47,496 nucleotides of DNA from Candidatus Eiseniibacteriota bacterium (GTDB lineage Bacteria; ARS69), in NCBI GenBank assembly GCA_052390515.1, contig JBQTGV010000032.1, forward strand, positions 1 through 47,496, written 5' to 3'. A program made the position numbers and the translations under genes. Numbering within the stretch: the stretch's first letter is position 1; every line of letters starts with the position of its first letter. Shown here one piece after another: positions 1-8,420 of this stretch. The notes below the pieces were generated by a model. That model was not told where the DNA came from and did not search any database. It worked only from the letters and a program-made list of their open reading frames with translations.

Positions 1-86
1 AGGATGCCGATGATCACGACCACGATCATCAGCTCGATCAGAGTGAACCCGCGGCAATCCCGGGGGGCGGTCGCATTTCGAATCAT
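1..86 (-). CDS. Type IV pilin / prepilin-type N-terminal methylation protein (5' part only, runs off the window)
   Basis: Manual translation from ATG at 86 gives MIRNATAPRDCRG-FTLIELMIVVVIIGIL, the class III signal peptide G|FTLIE motif followed by a hydrophobic helix. GGAG lies just upstream. Not in the ORF track. Confidence 0.9.
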   Translation of the reverse strand, partial: MIRNATAPRDCRGFTLIELMIVVVIIGI

Positions 87-116
87 GTCGGCTCCAGGTT
101 CGGCACCCCACCGTCG

Positions 117-133
117 TGCACGGGGCATGCCAG
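117..133 (-). promoter_or_regulatory. sigma54 (RpoN) -24/-12 promoter for the pilin gene
   Basis: Minus strand reads CTGGCATGCCCCGTGCA, an exact GG-N10-GC spacing close to YTGGCACG-N4-TTGCW, about 30 nt upstream of the pilin ATG. Confidence 0.7.
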
Positions 134-286
134 CACGGAGCCCTTTCGAAGATCGGCAAGTTCCTGGTTCTCTGGGGCCTACGCGGCAATTCGAGGGGCC
201 GGACCCGGCGGAGGTGTCGCAGATCGGGACGTGCCGGTGCAGAATGCAGCACCCCGGGATCCTCGGCTCCGGGGTAGATTGAGCCC

Positions 287-793
287 ATGGTTCCCTCCGA
301 CCCGTCCCGAGCGCCCGGGCCGGCGGTTTCCCGCGGCGGACTGGAATGGTGCATCCGGCCGGCCGCGGACGCGGATCTCCCGGCCGTGCGGGCCCTCGTC
401 TCCGCCTGCGGCCTTCCCGAGGCCGGACTCGAGGACCAGTTCGAGGGCTTCGCCGTGGCCGTGGGCGACGGTCGGATCGTCGGGGTGGCCGGCCTCGAGA
501 GGCACGGCCGCCAGGGCCTGCTCCGCTCCGTCGCGGTCGACGGCGCTTGGCGAAGCCGCGGCGTCGCGGCGGCTCTCGTGGCCGACCGCCTGGAGCGCGC
601 GCTGGCCGACGGCCTGGAGTCGGTTCACCTGCTCACCACGACCGCGTCCGACTGGTTCGCGCGCGCCGGGTTTCTCACCGTGCCGCGGAGCGCCGTTCCC
701 GAGGCCGTGCGCCGCTCGAGCGAGTTCGCCCGGGTGTGTCCGGAGAGCGCGGTGGTGATGGTCCGCCGGCTCGACGATCGGAGCCGGCTGTGA
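287..793 (+). CDS. GNAT N-acetyltransferase, ArsN2-like
   Basis: GLLRSVAV..RSRGVAAALV (acetyl-CoA binding region), LLTTTA..WFARAGF and the C-terminal SSEFARVCPESAVVM are typical of ArsN2-type GNATs. Confidence 0.8.
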   Translation: MVPSDPSRAPGPAVSRGGLEWCIRPAADADLPAVRALVSACGLPEAGLEDQFEGFAVAVGDGRIVGVAGLERHGRQGLLRSVAVDGAWRSRGVAAALVADRLERALADGLESVHLLTTTASDWFARAGFLTVPRSAVPEAVRRSSEFARVCPESAVVMVRRLDDRSRL

Positions 794-1626
794 ACGTGTA
801 CGTCGTCGACGCCTTCGCCTCGAGGCCGTTCGCGGGCAATCCCGCGGCGGTCGTGCCGCTCGACGCTCCGCGCAGCGACGCGTGGATGCAGGCGGTCGCC
901 GCGGAGATGAGGCACTCCGAGACAGCCTTCCCCCTGCGCCATGGGGATGCCTGGAAGCTGCGCTGGTTCACCCCGGCGGTTGAAGTGAGCCTCTGCGGCC
1001 ACGCGACGCTCGCTTCCGCGCACGTTCTCTGGGAGACGGGCGCCGCACCCCGGGACGCCGAGCTGCACTTCGAGACGCGCAGCGGCCGGCTCTCGGCCTT
1101 CTCGCGGGGAAGCGAGATCGAGATGGACTTCCCTTCGTGGCCGGCACCGCCCACGCCCGCGCCTCCCGGCCTCGCGGAGGCGCTCGGCGCGCCGCAGCCG
1201 GTCTACTGCGGCGCCTCCCACGGCAACTGGCTCGTCCAGCTGGCCGACGAGGCGTCGGTCCGCGCGCTGCGGCCGGACTTCCGCGCGCTGGGAAGGAACG
1301 GCTGGTCGGTCATCGCCACGGCGCGCTCGGCGTCGCCCGAGTTCGACTTCGTCTCTCGATACTTCGCCGTGCCGTACGGGATCGACGAGGACCCGGTCAC
1401 CGGCTCTTCCCACTGCACGCTCGCGCCGCACTGGGCCGCTCTGCTCGGCCGCACGAAGCTCACCGGGTTCCAGGCCTCCGTACGAGGCGGCGTCGTCCGA
1501 GTGGAGGTGGCGGGCGACCGCGTCCGGATCGCCGGACACGCCGTTCCCGTGCTCTCCGGGCGCCTCTCCGAAGCGGTCCTGGCGGCCGCCGGCGGGACGC
1601 TTTCCGCGGCGCCGTCGAAGGTCTAG
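790..1626 (+). CDS. PhzF family isomerase/epimerase
   Basis: VDAF..PFAGNPAAV, SETAF, LRWFTP..EV.LCGHATLA and EDPVTGS motifs. GTG start at 790 overlaps the upstream TGA (GTGA). Confidence 0.92.
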   Translation: MNVYVVDAFASRPFAGNPAAVVPLDAPRSDAWMQAVAAEMRHSETAFPLRHGDAWKLRWFTPAVEVSLCGHATLASAHVLWETGAAPRDAELHFETRSGRLSAFSRGSEIEMDFPSWPAPPTPAPPGLAEALGAPQPVYCGASHGNWLVQLADEASVRALRPDFRALGRNGWSVIATARSASPEFDFVSRYFAVPYGIDEDPVTGSSHCTLAPHWAALLGRTKLTGFQASVRGGVVRVEVAGDRVRIAGHAVPVLSGRLSEAVLAAAGGTLSAAPSKV

Positions 1627-1707
1627 AATGGCGCCGCGTCATTCGCGGTTGCGCACCGAGGCCGTCCGGCAGCGGGGGGCGATCGCTCAGGACACAGGGA
1701 GGCACGA

Positions 1708-2187
1708 ATGCGCGGGATGGTCCGCATCGCTGCCTTCGCGCTCGGACTCGCGGCGGCGGCGGCTTTCGCCGGCGACGCGACTCACGACGCGGAGATGGCC
1801 GAGTACATGAACTGTACGATCTGCAAGCACATGATGGTCCAGATGGAGACGCTCGGTCCGGTCATGAAGCACGAGATGATCGCCATGGACGACGGCCTGG
1901 CCATGTACCACTGGGTCACCGACGACACGAAGGCCGCGGTGCTCCATGAAGTCACCGACAAGATGCACGCGGCCGGAATGGAGACGAAGGACTGGACGGA
2001 AGCGCAGGCGAAGGAGCACCTCTGCAAGTTCTGCGAGGGATTCCACGGCCTGCTGTCCGCCGGCGCCCACATGAGCAAGGGCCGCAGCGCCAACGGCGAT
2101 CTCATGGTGATCACGTCGCCGGATCCGGCTGTGCAGGCCAAGATCGCGGCGTTCCACAAGGAGATGTCCCAGGAAATGGGCGGCTGA
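1708..2187 (+). CDS. Secreted Met/His-rich hypothetical protein with two CxxC motifs
   Basis: GGGAGG RBS, Sec signal peptide ending in AFA, CTIC and CKFC motifs, 17 Met and 10 His in 159 aa. Confidence 0.8.
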   Translation: MRGMVRIAAFALGLAAAAAFAGDATHDAEMAEYMNCTICKHMMVQMETLGPVMKHEMIAMDDGLAMYHWVTDDTKAAVLHEVTDKMHAAGMETKDWTEAQAKEHLCKFCEGFHGLLSAGAHMSKGRSANGDLMVITSPDPAVQAKIAAFHKEMSQEMGG

Positions 2188-2194
2188 CCCACCC

Positions 2195-2240
2195 GCGCGC
2201 GAGCCTCGAGCCCCCGGCCGCCGGGGGCTCACTCGCGTGC
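2195..2240 (+). terminator. Strong GC hairpin after the Met/His-rich gene (no U-tract)
   Basis: GAGCCCCCGG-ccg-CCGGGGGCTC inner stem, extended by GCGCGCGAG/CTCGCGTGC. Confidence 0.45.
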
Positions 2241-2309
2241 AGGCACCGCCGGCAGATTCAAGGCCGCCGGGTGGTGCTTCCGATAACCGGACCGAACCCG
2301 GAGGTCCGC

Positions 2310-3551
2310 ATGGCGCGCATCCACCTGACGTGGATCCTCGGCTTCCTCGCCGCCGCGCCGGTCCATGCGAGCATCGAGGACTTCGAGACCTGGGACATCG
2401 GCGCCGAGGAAGGCGACGACGAGTACGGCCTGGACTCATACTTCCTGTCCTTCTCCCCCGAGTGGGAGTCGGAGTGGATCTCGGCCCCCGAGGGAGCGCG
2501 CTCGTCGATGGGCTCCACGGTCAACGAGGTCTGGGAGATGCGCAACGAGATCCGCCTGCTCCGTGACCTGAATCCCAGCCTGCGATTCGCGTACTCGTTC
2601 GTGCAGAACGAAGGCCTCACGATCGACGACGAGCAACACTGCGTCGGACTGGAGGTGGAGCGCGGCGGCTTCTGGTTCGGGCCCTTCGCGCGGCCGAGCT
2701 CGTCGAAGGAGCGTCTCGACGCGGGGCTCGTGGTCCGGCGCGCGTGGGGTTCCGGCGGGCGCGTCGACGTGTCCTACAGCTTCGAGGACTGGAACAGCGA
2801 CCACACCAACGGGCGAAGCACGGTCGAGGGCCGCACGGTGGTGGACTTCATCGATCCGGCGAGGGAGTGGAGGGTCGGCGCGCGGCAGCGCTGGGGGGCG
2901 AACCGCTGGCTCGCGGCCGAGACCGCATGGCTCGGCGAGTTCCGGCGGAACATCGAGCCCGATCCGGCTGCCGCAGAACCTTCGCTGCAGCGCGTCACCG
3001 GCGGGAATCAAGTGGCGCTGCGCGGCCAGATCGATCCTGCGAAGAACCTCGTCCTGGATTTCCTCGCCGAGCGGAAGGAGTCCCGTGTGGCGGACTTCCC
3101 CGAGGCGCCGGGAACCGCCTTCGACCTCCGGAGGGACGCGTGGAAGCTCCGCGCGCGGCTTTCCCATCCCCTGCCGGCGGACTTCCTGGGCCGCTGGGGA
3201 GTCCAGGTCCGCGAGGGTGTGGAGCGGGACGCCGCGCCAGCGCTGGACGCCTATCGCCTCGAGCTCGACGACGTCGTCGCGACCGCGGGAGTCCGGCGGC
3301 GCGTTACTTCGGCTCTCACCGCGGAGTTCGGCTACGGCCATCAGGTCACTCACGTCGAGCAGTCCGGGCCGGAGAGCCTGCAGCGCTTCTCCTGGGGCAC
3401 CCGCACGGAGAATCGCCTCTACCTGATCGCCGAGCTGCGCGCGGCCGGGCTCGCGTTCCGCTTCATCGAGACGATCGAGCTGGACGACGAGGGCTACGAC
3501 GCGGTCAGCGACCACGACAAGGGGTTCCTGCAGATCCAGGCTGGGTTCTGA
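2310..3551 (+). CDS. Putative outer-membrane beta-barrel protein
   Basis: GGAGG RBS before ATG 2310, signal peptide (..PVHA), alternating amphipathic strands and a C-terminal Phe (LQIQAGF). Confidence 0.7.
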   Translation: MARIHLTWILGFLAAAPVHASIEDFETWDIGAEEGDDEYGLDSYFLSFSPEWESEWISAPEGARSSMGSTVNEVWEMRNEIRLLRDLNPSLRFAYSFVQNEGLTIDDEQHCVGLEVERGGFWFGPFARPSSSKERLDAGLVVRRAWGSGGRVDVSYSFEDWNSDHTNGRSTVEGRTVVDFIDPAREWRVGARQRWGANRWLAAETAWLGEFRRNIEPDPAAAEPSLQRVTGGNQVALRGQIDPAKNLVLDFLAERKESRVADFPEAPGTAFDLRRDAWKLRARLSHPLPADFLGRWGVQVREGVERDAAPALDAYRLELDDVVATAGVRRRVTSALTAEFGYGHQVTHVEQSGPESLQRFSWGTRTENRLYLIAELRAAGLAFRFIETIELDDEGYDAVSDHDKGFLQIQAGF

Positions 3552-3572
3552 GCCTGCGGCGCGACGCGCCCG

Positions 3573-3691
3573 GTGTTCCGTCTCGAAAGAAGTGATCAGA
3601 TGGCCGAGCGTCGTAGCCGCCGTGTCCGTAGCCATGGACGGCGAGCGAGCGTAAGCGAGGCCATCTGATCACTTGTTTTGAGACGGAACAC
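3573..3691 (+). repeat. Structured inverted-repeat element (MITE/REP-like), copy 1
   Basis: 33-bp terminal inverted repeats at 3573-3605 and 3659-3691 with 2 mismatches. The internal motif is shared with 20511-20615. Confidence 0.85.
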
Positions 3692-5047
3692 TCAGAGCGG
3701 CCCGCGCCGGCGCGAGAGCCAAGCGACGCCGATGGACAGCAGCAGCGAGAGGGCCGCGGCCACGGTCCACATCGTCAGCACGGGACCGAAGTCGTGCACC
3801 TCGCGGCCGTCGACGACGACGACGCTCCCCTCCAGCATCTCGCCGGCGATCCAGTTCTGCGCCGCGGCGCCCAGGTAGCTGAACACGCCGATCACGCCCA
3901 TCGCCGCGCCGGCCGCCCCGCGCGGAGCGGCGTCCACGGCCATGAGGCCGGCCAGGAACACGAGCAGCCCGCCGATCGCGAAGCCGCACACGCTCACCGC
4001 CAGCGTGTCCGCCCAGGGATGACCGGGCGGGATCCAGGGCACGGCGGCGAGGCCGGCGAGGAGCAGCACGCTGTACGCCAGGCTCACCGGGAGTCTTCGC
4101 CCGCGGAAGAGAAGGTCCGAGACAGGTCCCGACGCGAGCGTGCCGAGCGCTCCGACGATCGGCGATGCCGACGTGACGAGCCCGGCGCCGACGAGGTCGT
4201 AGCCCTTCGCCTCCTGCAGGTACAGAACGAACCACTCGTTGATGCCGTAGCGCACCACGTACATGCAGGCGCTGGCGAGCCCGAGCACCCAGATGATCGG
4301 ATCCCGCAGCAGGGTGAGCTGTTGCCGTCCCACCGAGGGATCCGCGCCGGCCGCGGCGCGCGCCGCTTCCCCGCGCCAGACCTCGATCGTCGGCAGGCCG
4401 TACGTGGCGGGGCGGTCCAGGATAGTGCGGTAGAGGAGCAGGGCGACGGCGAAGCAGGCGAGGCCGGGACCCCAGAAGCCCCACCGCCAGCCCAGCGCGG
4501 ACACTAGGATCGCGGTTCCCGCGAACGTCAGTCCTTCGCCCAGGTTATGCGCCATGCTCCACACCGAGTAGCGCGTGCCTCGCTCCCGGCGGCTGAACCA
4601 GTGCGTGAGGTTCGCCGCGCAGGGCGCGCTGCCCATGGACTGGAACCAGCCGTTCAGCGCCCACAGGACGAGGAAGGCCGCGACGGTCGACGACGCGCCG
4701 AAGAGCAGGTTGAGCAGAGCGGAGATGAGGAGGCCGGTGCCGATGAACCGCCCGATGTGCGCGCGGTCGCAGAGGAAGCCGTTGGTGAGGCGACCGAACG
4801 CGTAGGTGAAATACAGCAGGGAGCCGATGCGGCCCAGGTCGTCCGCGCCGACGAGGCCAGCGTCGAGCATCGGCTTTTTCGCCACCGAGAGCGAGAGCCG
4901 CGTCGTGTAGAAGAAGCTGTACCCGATCGTGATCGCCGCGAACGTCGTCCAGCGCTTGCGGCGGTAGCTGCGCTCGATCTCCGCGGAGTCGCCGAGAGGG
5001 GGCGCGTCCGCGCGGGTCCGGAAGAAGCGAAGCGCCGCAGCCAGCAT
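3692..5047 (-). CDS. MFS transporter, organophosphate:Pi antiporter (GlpT/UhpC) family
   Basis: GYSFFYTTRLSLS, LWALNGWFQSMG, WFSRRERGT..SVWSMAHNLG, YVVRYGI.EW and GAAMGVIGVFSYLG match GlpT/UhpT motifs; about 12 TM segments. Confidence 0.92.
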   Translation of the reverse strand: MLAAALRFFRTRADAPPLGDSAEIERSYRRKRWTTFAAITIGYSFFYTTRLSLSVAKKPMLDAGLVGADDLGRIGSLLYFTYAFGRLTNGFLCDRAHIGRFIGTGLLISALLNLLFGASSTVAAFLVLWALNGWFQSMGSAPCAANLTHWFSRRERGTRYSVWSMAHNLGEGLTFAGTAILVSALGWRWGFWGPGLACFAVALLLYRTILDRPATYGLPTIEVWRGEAARAAAGADPSVGRQQLTLLRDPIIWVLGLASACMYVVRYGINEWFVLYLQEAKGYDLVGAGLVTSASPIVGALGTLASGPVSDLLFRGRRLPVSLAYSVLLLAGLAAVPWIPPGHPWADTLAVSVCGFAIGGLLVFLAGLMAVDAAPRGAAGAAMGVIGVFSYLGAAAQNWIAGEMLEGSVVVVDGREVHDFGPVLTMWTVAAALSLLLSIGVAWLSRRRGPL

Positions 5048-5093
5048 CGGCGGATCCTACGGGAGAGAGCGCCCCTCCACCAGCTCCGCCGCG

Positions 5094-6677
5094 CTACACG
5101 GCCTTCCGCCGCGCCACCGGCTCCGCCGGCCGCGCGGTCAGCTTGGCGATGCGCCGCACCTGCGGAACTTCGTACTCGCCGATGGCGTCGGCCTGGGTGT
5201 CCAGCGGGCGCCACGCGTCCGCGTACGCGTAGTTCTCCACGGAAGACTTCGGCTTGCCCCACAGAATGAACCAGAACTTGATGAGGTAGTAGACGTTCCA
5301 GAAGAACTCGCGGTTCTTCATGATGTACAGGAGCCGGCGCAGGACGTACCCCGGGTTGTTGAAGTACGCGTCCTTGTAGAAGCGCTTGAGGTAACTGCGG
5401 ATCACCGGCCACGGCAGCGTCGGGTGATCGAAGATGGCCTCCGCGCTGTTGTAGACGTTGTATTGGTCCCAATCGAAGGTCTTGATCCGGCCTTCCTTGC
5501 GCAGCGCGGAGAACATCGGCGTTCCCGGGAACGGCACGGTGATGCCGCACTTCATCGTCTCCAGGCGGACGCGTCGGGCGTGGTCGATGGTGTCCTGCAT
5601 GCTGGCCTCGTCGTCGCCGGTGAGCCCCACCATGAAGAACCCGTTCGGCTCGAGCCCGGCGCGGTGGGCCATGTCCACGGCCTCGACGCCCTTCTCGAGA
5701 GTGACCTTTCCGCCCTTGCCGAACGCCTTCAGCACGCGGTCGTTGCCGCTCTCGAAGCCGAAGTAGACGCGGTAGCAGCCGGCGCGCTTCATCAGGCGGA
5801 ACAGCTCGAGGTTCGCCGCGTCCACGCGGATGCCGTTCGTGCAGGTCCACGCCACGCGGACGTTCCGGCGGATCAGCTCCTCGCACACCGCCGCCGCCCA
5901 CTGGTTGTCGCTGGTGAAGATGTCGTCGACCAACACGGTCTCGCGGTAGCCGATCTTCTGCAGGTAGAGCATCTCCTCGGCGCATCGCTCCGGGCTCTTC
6001 TTGCGGTAGCCGAGCCCCATGGTGTTCTTGCTGCCGCAGAAGTCGCATTTGAAGACGCAGCCGCGGGAGAACTCGATCGTCGTGACCGGCCGATTCCGCG
6101 CGATGATCTTGGTGACGCGCGCGTTGCAGCCCGGCGGATACGTCTCCCACGCCGGCATGGGCAGGTCGTCCAGGCTCTCCAGCAGCTGGCGCGGGGGCGA
6201 GTGCAGGATCTCGCCGTTCTCCCCCCGGCGCCACAGGCCGGGGATGTCTTCGGGCCGCTTCCCGTCGAGCAGGTCGGCCAGGGCGAAGTCCTGCTCGCCC
6301 GCGGCCACGTAGTCCAGCACGCACTCGGCGAGCGTCTCCCGCGGGAGCGCCGAGGGATGCGCGCCGCCCGCCACCGTGACGATGCGCGGGGACACGTCCT
6401 TCACGACGTAAGAGATGTCGCGCATCTGATTGGCCAAGGGCGTGGTGGCGGTGATGCCCACGATGTCGGGCCGCTCGCTGCGGATCACCTCCCGGAGCGC
6501 GTCCGGCTCGTAGCGCCGGTACGACAGATCTAGGATGCGGAAGGAGTGGCCGCGGTCGCGGAGCGCACCGCCGAGAGCCGCGAGCGACAGGATCGGATAT
6601 ACCGGGAACGCGATGCCGCCCTCGTTGGATCCGTAGGTGCGGAAGTAGGACGGATTGATCAGGAGGGCGCGGCCCAT
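5094..6677 (-). CDS. Cobalamin-dependent radical SAM protein (class B methyltransferase-like)
   Basis: N-terminal B12-binding domain (DIVGITATT, GGAHPSALP), SRGCVFKCDFC (CxxxCxxC), and VDDIF, GFESG and PFPGT motifs. Confidence 0.92.
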   Translation of the reverse strand: MGRALLINPSYFRTYGSNEGGIAFPVYPILSLAALGGALRDRGHSFRILDLSYRRYEPDALREVIRSERPDIVGITATTPLANQMRDISYVVKDVSPRIVTVAGGAHPSALPRETLAECVLDYVAAGEQDFALADLLDGKRPEDIPGLWRRGENGEILHSPPRQLLESLDDLPMPAWETYPPGCNARVTKIIARNRPVTTIEFSRGCVFKCDFCGSKNTMGLGYRKKSPERCAEEMLYLQKIGYRETVLVDDIFTSDNQWAAAVCEELIRRNVRVAWTCTNGIRVDAANLELFRLMKRAGCYRVYFGFESGNDRVLKAFGKGGKVTLEKGVEAVDMAHRAGLEPNGFFMVGLTGDDEASMQDTIDHARRVRLETMKCGITVPFPGTPMFSALRKEGRIKTFDWDQYNVYNSAEAIFDHPTLPWPVIRSYLKRFYKDAYFNNPGYVLRRLLYIMKNREFFWNVYYLIKFWFILWGKPKSSVENYAYADAWRPLDTQADAIGEYEVPQVRRIAKLTARPAEPVARRKAV

Positions 6678-6800
6678 GATCCCTTCCGGCAGCGGCGGTG
6701 GCGGGCGTGGGAACCGGACCGCCGGATCCGACTCAGGGTGCCGCGGCGGGCCGACGCTCGCCGCGATTATCGCACGCCGGAGTCCGGCGGAGCAAACGGC

Positions 6801-8420
6801 CTACCAGATGGTGCTCATGGTCAGGGCATCGAAGTCCCTCGCCAGCCGGCCGATCCAGCCGAGGTTCCAGGCGATGCTGACGGCCAGGGCCAGACGCAGC
6901 GCCATCGCGCCGGGCCGCCCGGCGCGCAGGAAGAGGCAGCCGATGAGCACGCTCATCGCCGGCAGGAGGTTGCAGAGATGCTTCGTCTGCCGCCAGTCGA
7001 TGAACGTGAAGGCGGCACAGCCCACCACGACGAGCAGCACCGCGGTACCGACCGGCCGGCGGACGTACGGGAGAGCCGCTGCGGTGCCGGCGGCGGCGAG
7101 CGCCGTCCACACCCAACCCATGTGGCTCCCGAACTCGATCCACAGCTCCGCCCTCGAGGGGTACGCGATCACCGTCCCCTCCCCCACCTCCGCCCCATCG
7201 AAGCGATACGCCGCGTGCTCCAGCAGATGATCCACGACGAAGTCCATCGGGAAGAGCGCGAGCCCGTAGACCCAGAACACGACGACGCCGGCCAGCGCGC
7301 CCGCGGGATGGGCCCAGCCGGACCACCACGACCGCCCCGCCGCCGTCAGTACGCGGTGCAGACCGACGGCCGCCACGAGGATCGCGGTCTTCTGGTTGGC
7401 GAGCGCGCCGAGGAATCCCGCCGCGAATCCCGACCGCCCGCCGCCGGCCACACCGCCGGCCAGCCACGCGCCGGCCGTGAACAGCGCGGTGGTGATGGCG
7501 AAGTAGCCGCCGTAGCCGGAGCGGACGAACACCTCCGGCAACGTCACGTACGCGCCGACGACGAGGAGCGCGTCGCGGCGGCGGACGCCGAGGCTTCCGA
7601 GCCAGGCGAAGACGAGCACGGCGGTCGCGGCGGCCATGGCGAAGTTCGCCGCCCGCGTGCCGAAGAGCGCGGGATTCGCCAGGAACGGCTCGTACACGGC
7701 CTCGACCCACGTCCAGTCCCGCGATTCGTCGAGCCGCGGACTCCGGAACGCGTCCACGACGGCGGCGAATCCGCGCTGTCTCTCTTCGCCCTCCCGCGCG
7801 AGCAGCCGCTTCGCCAGATCGTACGGCGGCCGGACGATCTCGAGCTGCCCGGCGAAGATCAAGGTCGACGCGGAGAACGCGTGGTGCAGGAGCGGGTGCG
7901 CGAACCAGTAGAGAGTGTTGCGGTTCGTCGCGCAGAGCGGTTGCAAGTCGTGCGCGAGCCCGTACGCGGTCCCCTGCACCTCCATGTCCTGATCCTCGAG
8001 TGGCGGCACCACGCGCGTCCCGGAGAAGAAGGCGAGGCCGAAGGTGACCGCGGCGACGAGCCAAGCGGCGCCGTTCGTGCGGGGCGAAGGGAAGCGCCCT
8101 GCGCGAAGCACGCCGGCCGCGGCGAGTGCCGCCGAGCCGACCGCCAGCGCCGCGCCGAAGCTCCGCGGCGTCGGCGGCACGCCGAACACGTGCAGCACAG
8201 CGGCGGCGCCGATGTTCAGCAGCGAGACCGCCGCGATCGCGCGGACGAAGAGCCGCGGGGCGCCCGGGCCGCCCGGCCAAAGCATTCCGGCCGCGCCAGG
8301 CGCACCGAGCGTGGCCGCGCAGACAAGGAGGGCGCCGGCGAACCCGTGGCCCGGCGACATCCCGGCGATGAACGGAACGTAGGGCGCCACGACGAGCGCC
8401 GCGGCAAGCAGCGCCGTCAC
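6801..8420 (-). CDS. Polytopic membrane protein, probable GT-C (ArnT/PMT-like) glycosyltransferase
   Basis: Many TM segments, an acidic loop (EDQD), HPLL and GALANQKT motifs. GTG start overlaps the upstream stop. Family assignment is inferred from topology. Confidence 0.6.
   Translation of the reverse strand: MTALLAAALVVAPYVPFIAGMSPGHGFAGALLVCAATLGAPGAAGMLWPGGPGAPRLFVRAIAAVSLLNIGAAAVLHVFGVPPTPRSFGAALAVGSAALAAAGVLRAGRFPSPRTNGAAWLVAAVTFGLAFFSGTRVVPPLEDQDMEVQGTAYGLAHDLQPLCATNRNTLYWFAHPLLHHAFSASTLIFAGQLEIVRPPYDLAKRLLAREGEERQRGFAAVVDAFRSPRLDESRDWTWVEAVYEPFLANPALFGTRAANFAMAAATAVLVFAWLGSLGVRRRDALLVVGAYVTLPEVFVRSGYGGYFAITTALFTAGAWLAGGVAGGGRSGFAAGFLGALANQKTAILVAAVGLHRVLTAAGRSWWSGWAHPAGALAGVVVFWVYGLALFPMDFVVDHLLEHAAYRFDGAEVGEGTVIAYPSRAELWIEFGSHMGWVWTALAAAGTAAALPYVRRPVGTAVLLVVVGCAAFTFIDWRQTKHLCNLLPAMSVLIGCLFLRAGRPGAMALRLALAVSIAWNLGWIGRLARDFDALTMSTIW

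Noticed and set aside
287-1626. Arsenic-resistance or phenazine biosynthesis operon
   Set aside because: No arsR/arsC/acr3 or other phz genes are nearby, and both families commonly occur alone.
1813-2045. CxxC motifs of the Met-rich protein as heme c sites
   Set aside because: CTICKH and CKFCEG are not CxxCH.
2258-2286. sigma28-like TCAAG..TCCGATAA upstream of the barrel gene
   Set aside because: The spacer is 16 nt, longer than the usual FliA spacing, so it is too weak to call.
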